A program made the translations under genes and the position numbers. A DNA stretch of 63,992 nt, counting the filler, from Hyphochytrium catenoides (taxonomy: Eukaryota; Protista; Hyphochytriomycota): NCBI GenBank assembly GCA_900088475.1. It is 9 parts of 9 records of this genome, joined end to end, with 100 filler letters (N's around TTAATTAATTAA, not from the genome) between each part and the next. Parts side by side here need not be neighbours in the genome. Positions count along the whole stretch, not along the records: positions 54,880 to 62,555 come from FLMG01003105.1; positions 62,656 to 63,992 come from FLMG01002172.1; 7 more parts are not named here. One strand, given 5' to 3'. The first letter of the stretch is position 1. Every line of letters starts with the position of its first letter. The notes beneath the pieces are model-generated. The model saw nothing but the letters and a program-made list of their open reading frames with translations. It made no database searches and had not been told where the DNA came from. Below, in pieces: positions 58,556 to 63,992 of the stretch.

Positions 58556-60568
58556 ATGCAGAACCAAGATCTAGATGCCGTGGAGAACGCGGCGAGGAGA
58601 CAACCGCGCCCTCCCTCTCCAAACCGTTCTTTCTCTCCCTCCCTTTCAACGTTTTCCGACCACGAACAGGCTAGCGGGCTCTCGGGAGTGAACTCTGAAG
58701 AGAGAGGCGACAGAAGAGAGAGACTGGGACGGAGTCTACCAACGAGCAAGCGGCCTTACCAAAAGAGAGAGAACGTAGCTTCTTCTTCTTCTTCTTCTTT
58801 CCCATCAAGGAGGAGGGTGAACCTCGTATTCTTCGGCTGCATTGCGGTTGTCTCTCTCTGGGCTACCTTCTCTCTCTTCTCGTTCAATCAGAAAACTTTC
58901 TCTTTGAGGCCTCTGGGGGAAAAAGAGACGGAAAGACAAGAGGCGGGAGAGGTTGAAGCTGCGAAGACAGAGGCCTTTGCAGAGAGAGGAGAGCTTTCAC
59001 GACTTCGCTCAGAGCTACAGCAGCTGGCTTCCGCGCTCCGTGTCGTCTTGGACGATGGACACTCTGGGCTTAAGACGGACGAGTTGAAGAATCTCTTACG
59101 GCGAAGGGAAGAGACCAATCAATCTTTATCTTCTTCTTCTTCTTCACTGCATGGCGCCAAGGCGAACGAAGAAGAAGGAGGTCTAGGGGAGAAGGGAAAG
59201 GTAAGAGAAGGAGAAGACGCTCAGAAAGAGGAGCTGTCGCACTGGAAGAGAATCTATGCGAGCCACCACCTAGACGTGGAGGAAGAATGCAGAGAAGTGT
59301 TCGACCTAGAGTCTCTCTCTGAGTGGAGAAAGGGGAGGCACGAGTATTGTCTCTCGGGTTCTTCCTCTCTTTCCATGCGCTGTTATACCTTTGAGAAAGG
59401 ACACAACTTTGGGAGAGACGTCTTCTGCAACTTCTTAGGAAAGGTAAAGCATGAGGGAGGTGGAAGGTTCTCTACTGCCTTCTGTGACTTGAGAGATAAG
59501 AACGAGGACGAGCGGGAGGATTCACCGCCTGCAGGAGCAAGAGAGGGAGAAGGGAAGGAAAGAGAGAGAGAGAGGATCCCTGCAATTAGCCTGTTCCCTG
59601 AGTTTATGTACGAGACGGGCCTGGGATATTACTTTCACAGCGGAATGGTGATGAACTTCAATGCTGGCAGAGGAGCAGGGAAGAAGCTAGATCCAGAGTG
59701 TCAAACGATAGATAGCCGTCGGACGTATGTCATCAAGAGAGAAGGAGAACGAAACCTCTTTCATTGCATGAGTGAGCTCTTCTCTCTCTTCATGACAGAT
59801 GAAGTTCTAGCGGAAGAAGGAGCTCCCTCTCCTGACCAGCAGCAAATTATCTTTATAGATAACAGGGAAGAAGGCCGTTACTGGGACGCGTGGCGCGCTG
59901 TCGCCTCAGAGCTGCGTCGTGCTGATGACGTGCCAGCCGGAACCTGCTTTGATAACGTAGTGCTGCCCATCGCTGGAGGCAGCAACCCTTTCTGGAAGGG
60001 AGACTGGGTCCCTCTTGGATGTGAGGACTCTCTCCTGCTGCAGCACATGGCGCACAGAGTTATCAAGCACTTTGATCTAAGCCCATCTTATAACACCGCA
60101 GAGTCCATCCAAATCACTTTTATCGACAGGAAACAGAAGAGAAAGCTCATAGGACACAAGGAGGCCTTCGCGAAGGTGGCGCAAAAGTACTCTCCAAGCC
60201 GAGTGAAGATTCAAGAAGTTGACTTCGCCTCTATCACATTCCCAGAGCAGATCAAGGCGATTAGAGGCACTGACATCTTGATCGGTGTGCATGGAGCAGG
60301 TCTAGGGCACATCCTCTGGCTGCCAGAGGAAGCCGTAGTGCTGGAGGTCATGCCTTCCACGGTGAAAAAGTCAACTTATAGAAACATAGCCAAGCTCATG
60401 AAAAAGAGCTTTCTCTCTCTAGAGGGAGAAGTGCTTGGCACGGACTGGGACACCGGGAATATCAAGGTGGCGACAGAGGACTTCTACTTTGCGCTGGAGT
60501 CTGCCATAAGGATGGCTTTGAACTTTGGCAAACGCGCTTGGTCGACGAGTGACATTGTTAAGATCTAG
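58556..60568 (+). CDS. Glycosyltransferase family 61 (EOGT/DUF563-like), type II membrane protein, intronless
   Basis: Probable start MQNQD at 58556. TM segment LVFFGCIAVVSLWATFSLF, then a coiled-coil stem, then NLFHCMSE, ITFIDRK..RKL, VDFASITFPEQIKAIRGTDILIGVHGAGLGHILWLPEEAVVLEV. Confidence 0.9.
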   Translation: MQNQDLDAVENAARRQPRPPSPNRSFSPSLSTFSDHEQASGLSGVNSEERGDRRERLGRSLPTSKRPYQKRENVASSSSSSFPSRRRVNLVFFGCIAVVSLWATFSLFSFNQKTFSLRPLGEKETERQEAGEVEAAKTEAFAERGELSRLRSELQQLASALRVVLDDGHSGLKTDELKNLLRRREETNQSLSSSSSSLHGAKANEEEGGLGEKGKVREGEDAQKEELSHWKRIYASHHLDVEEECREVFDLESLSEWRKGRHEYCLSGSSSLSMRCYTFEKGHNFGRDVFCNFLGKVKHEGGGRFSTAFCDLRDKNEDEREDSPPAGAREGEGKERERERIPAISLFPEFMYETGLGYYFHSGMVMNFNAGRGAGKKLDPECQTIDSRRTYVIKREGERNLFHCMSELFSLFMTDEVLAEEGAPSPDQQQIIFIDNREEGRYWDAWRAVASELRRADDVPAGTCFDNVVLPIAGGSNPFWKGDWVPLGCEDSLLLQHMAHRVIKHFDLSPSYNTAESIQITFIDRKQKRKLIGHKEAFAKVAQKYSPSRVKIQEVDFASITFPEQIKAIRGTDILIGVHGAGLGHILWLPEEAVVLEVMPSTVKKSTYRNIAKLMKKSFLSLEGEVLGTDWDTGNIKVATEDFYFALESAIRMALNFGKRAWSTSDIVKI

Positions 60569-62103
60569 CGATTTGGACCCTGTCAGGATGGCTTCCTGAG
60601 CACCGACTCACTTCGCGGTCTCGCTAGTGGTAGGCAAAAGAGGGACACTCTAACTATATATGGGAGTTGCAGATGGTCTGGGGATGTGGACTGAGATTTA
60701 CAGATTAGTACGTGGTGAGCGCGCCAAAGATGCCAAGACCGTAGGCGACTATACGGCCTGAGCCGTGAATGCTCTAGGTGGTAACGGAGTTGATAGCCCT
60801 TGACTTGATAAATAGATTCCAGGTTATCGAGAAGGAAAGGAAAGCCCACGAGACAGGCAAGGTTTGGCTAGTAAATAAAGAGGTGAGTGAGAGAAAAACG
60901 AGAAGTGCAGAGAGAGAGAGGACACAGAGAGAGAACGGCGAGACCCAGACACACGAAGAAGGATAGAAGAGGAGAGAGAAGACGGAGGATGCCGGGTTGA
61001 GTTGAGGCTGCTGCGTCCTTCAACTCTAATGACTTAGCCATAATCATCGAAGTTCTAGCCATGACCGAACCTTCTGCTCTATTCCTCGAGTTTGACCTCT
61101 CCGTCTCTCTTCGATTGCTGCCTCCACTTCCCCATCTTCCCCCGCCTCCTAGCGCTGCTGTCGCTCAAATGTGCACACGAGACTGTAGGGAGAGGGTCAT
61201 CTTGTCTAAAGGCACCTTACTCAAGATCATGTCTGATAGCCAAATTGAAGGACGAGAGGGCTCAAGGAAAGGTCTTGACTAGAGTACGAGAGCATGGGTG
61301 TCTCCAAATGTGGCTGACGAAGAGACGATGAGCGCAGATCCTACGCCTGGGCTAGCGTCCTGTGCCGGCACAGCCCATGACAGAGTCACTTTATGATGGA
61401 CGTCGAAAGATCGGCAAGCAGTCGGGTGCCCTCTGAAGACTAAGGTTGAGCTCCTTAAAAAGATAAACGGTGGACAAGGGCAGCAGGACCGATCATCACT
61501 GGCCCTCTAACAGACAGAAGAAGAGGCATCGTTGCGAGTATAGCGGTCTGCACATCTTATGGCGGATCCGCTCCAGCAGCAGATCTTCTCAGACTCAACG
61601 AACTTCTTCATGCTGGACCGAAAGGTAGATTCTTTGGGGCTGCGGTTTCTTCTGCTTGAGTTGGAGACCAAGAGATAGAGCCTTATCTTGGTGGCGCGCC
61701 TCTCTCTCTTGGGTTCATGATTGAGGAGACAGCCACTGATATGTTATGCAACTTCGAGGGCTGTTCTCTCCCTTCTGTGGCTTCTTGTTATGTGTCTGTC
61801 TTTCTCCCTTCGTCACATCGCACTTGGTCTGGATGATTGGCCTGGCTCCTGTGCTAAGGATGGGCCTGGGGCTTGCTTCTGTCATTGATTATCTTCATCC
61901 ATTTACGTCTTGTCAGTCTAACTGTCTCTCTCTCTATCTCTCTTCCGTCTCTCTCTCACTCTCTCTCTCGTTTTGCTTTGCCTTCCTAGATTCTCCCCTG
62001 TCAAATAGTGGCTCCTCTCCTTTTTCCCTTCTTTTTTGTCTCTCTCTTCCTCTCTCTCTCTCTCTCTCTCCCTGTCTCTCTCTTCCTCTCTCTCTCTCTC
62101 TCT

Positions 62104-62142
<39 letters not shown>

Positions 62143-62655
62143 CCTCGTCTCGCATCCCTCTCCAAGTCTCTCTCTCTCATGTCCTTTCGACTCAGGATCT
62201 TCCTCTCCAGAGACAAAGTTCATCCCACAAATGAAACGGACGAAACCTCTTGAAAGATAACGAAAACTCCAGTAGCTTTCCTATGCCCTGCTAACTCGAA
62301 ATGAATTTTATTACCGCTAGCTAATACCCATGGAGACAATGTTTCTTTCATTCCTCTCACCAATGAAAGTAACATTCTTTCCTATATATATGTCGAAATC
62401 TTTCCTCCGTTGCAGTGCTAACTCCTTGCCACACTGCGGACAGTCGTCTCTTGTAATAATGCTAGGACTGAGCCTGGGCCTACCGTCAGAAGGTGTGTCG
62501 GGCTGCGAGTATAGGAACGGATCGGGAGACTGCTCTCTGATGCGCCATCATCCTCNNNNNNNNNNNNNNNNNNNNNNNNNNNNNNNNNNNNNNNNNNNNT
62601 TAATTAATTAANNNNNNNNNNNNNNNNNNNNNNNNNNNNNNNNNNNNNNNNNNNN

Positions 62656-63212
62656 CTCTCGTGCTGCTCTCGAAGGAGAGGGAGACAGCCCTCCGCGCAG
62701 CCCAGACGGCAAGGAACTGTCCTTCTTAGGCATTCGTTCTCTAAATGATACTCCTTCTGCAGAGGAGAGAGAGAAAGAGAGAGAGAGAGATGGAGAGAGA
62801 GATCTTAGTATATGCGATAGATATTCTTCAAGCTCAATATCAACCTGCCGTGTCCCCGTCTTCTCTCTTGTTTATCCATTGGCACTTTTCCTATCTCTTC
62901 CCTCCCGCATCTCTCTCTCTCTCTCTTTCTCTCCCTGTCGCTCTCCTTATCCCTCTTCCTCTCTCTTCTATCCCTCAGTAATCACTTTCTNNNNNNNNNN
63001 TCTCTCTTGTTTCGCTTACCTCGCTAAGGGTCATTTCTGCTCCGCATCCTCTGGGGCAGGGAGAGAGCTTGTTGGGACAGGAGATACGCGAGTGCTGGGA
63101 AAGAAGATACTGAAGAACAACCTCATCACAGCCCAGAGGACAGGGCATCGGGCGAAGTCTGTGAGAGCCAGGGAGAGAGAGAGTTAGAAAGAGACAGAGA
63201 GAAAGAGACAGA

Positions 63213-63244
<32 letters not shown>

Positions 63245-63927
63245 AAGAGAAAGAGNNNNNNNNNNNNNNNNNNNNNNNNNNNNNNNNNGAGAGAGAGAGA
63301 GAGAGAGGGAGAGAGAGAGAGAGATGGAGCGGCACTGCGCACGGGCTCAACGAAGAGAGATAAAGCAACATTGAGGTAGGAAAGTAGAAAGGAACAGCCA
63401 GGAAGAGGCAACGGGAGAATGAGAGAGCGAGAGACAAACAGAGAGAAAGAGAGAGGGAGAGAGAGAAGAACCAACAAAGACTAAGCGAAGCCAAGGGCAG
63501 CTTTCCCGGAAAAGAGAGGCAACTGATGAGCAAGGAAAAGAAGAAGTAGTGTCGGTGTGAGAGAGAAAAAGAAAATAAGAGAGAGAGAGACAGAGACAGA
63601 GAGAGAGGGAGAGAGAGAGGGAGAGAGAGAGAGAGAGAGAGAGGGAGTGACCATACTTGCAAACTTTTTCATGTCCCTCCATTTTATCTCCTCTAGCCTG
63701 CAGACCACACCCATAAGAACAGACGGCCTTTCTCTTTGGACACTGTCTCTCGGTGTGCTCTTTCATTCTCTCTCTGGGAAGAGAGAGAGAGCAGCCAAGA
63801 GGGCACAGGATGGGGCGGAGAGGACAGACTTTCTCTTCATGTTCTTCTTTCTCTCCCGCCCACAGGGGAGAGAGAGAACAGTTGTACTGACAAGGAATGA
63901 TGCGCTTGGGACAGACCTCTTCATGCT
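62656..63927 (-). CDS. TRAF-type zinc-finger repeat protein, internal exons
   Basis: Exons 63927-63657, 63158-63020 and 62756-62656 are in phase. They encode tandem H-x3/4-C-P-x-R-x-x-x-C-x-x-G-C repeats (HEEKVCPLRPILCPLGC, HTERQCPKRKAVCSYGC, HSRISCPNKLSPCPRGC, HLENECLRRTVPCRLGC). Confidence 0.85.
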
Positions 63928-63992
63928 CTGAAACAGTGAGGGAGGGAAGAGAGAGAGAGAGAGAGAGAGTGAGTGTGTGTGTGTGAGAGAGA

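Overview
Eukaryotic DNA, not one continuous locus. It consists of about nine contigs joined by an artificial N44-TTAATTAATTAA-N44 linker, so adjacency across linkers means nothing. GT-AG introns and AG/CT microsatellites are abundant, and a CFAP20DC orthologue points to a flagellated microbial eukaryote. Host genes: a multi-exon CCDC66/CSPP1-like coiled-coil gene, an UNC-93-like MFS transporter, cwf18/CCDC12, CFAP20DC, a TLC-domain fragment, a GH5 exo-beta-1,3-glucanase-like fragment, a GT61 (EOGT-like) glycosyltransferase, a TRAF-type zinc-finger gene fragment, a disrupted secreted beta/gamma-crystallin-like gene and a contig-spanning unknown membrane ORF. Mobile DNA: a 5'-truncated DIRS-like tyrosine-recombinase (YR) retroelement, a young 1.3-kb miniature chromovirus (LTRs, PBS, PPT, TSD, open integrase-chromodomain ORF), nested Copia relics, and probable MULE, LINE and Crypton-like relics. 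The most unusual structures are three. (i) A nested inverted complex at 18.75-21.65 kb, in which one putative Crypton-like YR element looks like a circular permutation (end-to-end junction) of its neighbour. (ii) A 1.15-kb palindrome with a canonical G-quadruplex motif in its 54-bp spacer. (iii) About 2.8-kb inverted repeats that bracket the intact CFAP20DC gene within a locus of duplicated, fragmented gene copies. All family calls are from motif recognition by eye; no database searches were run.
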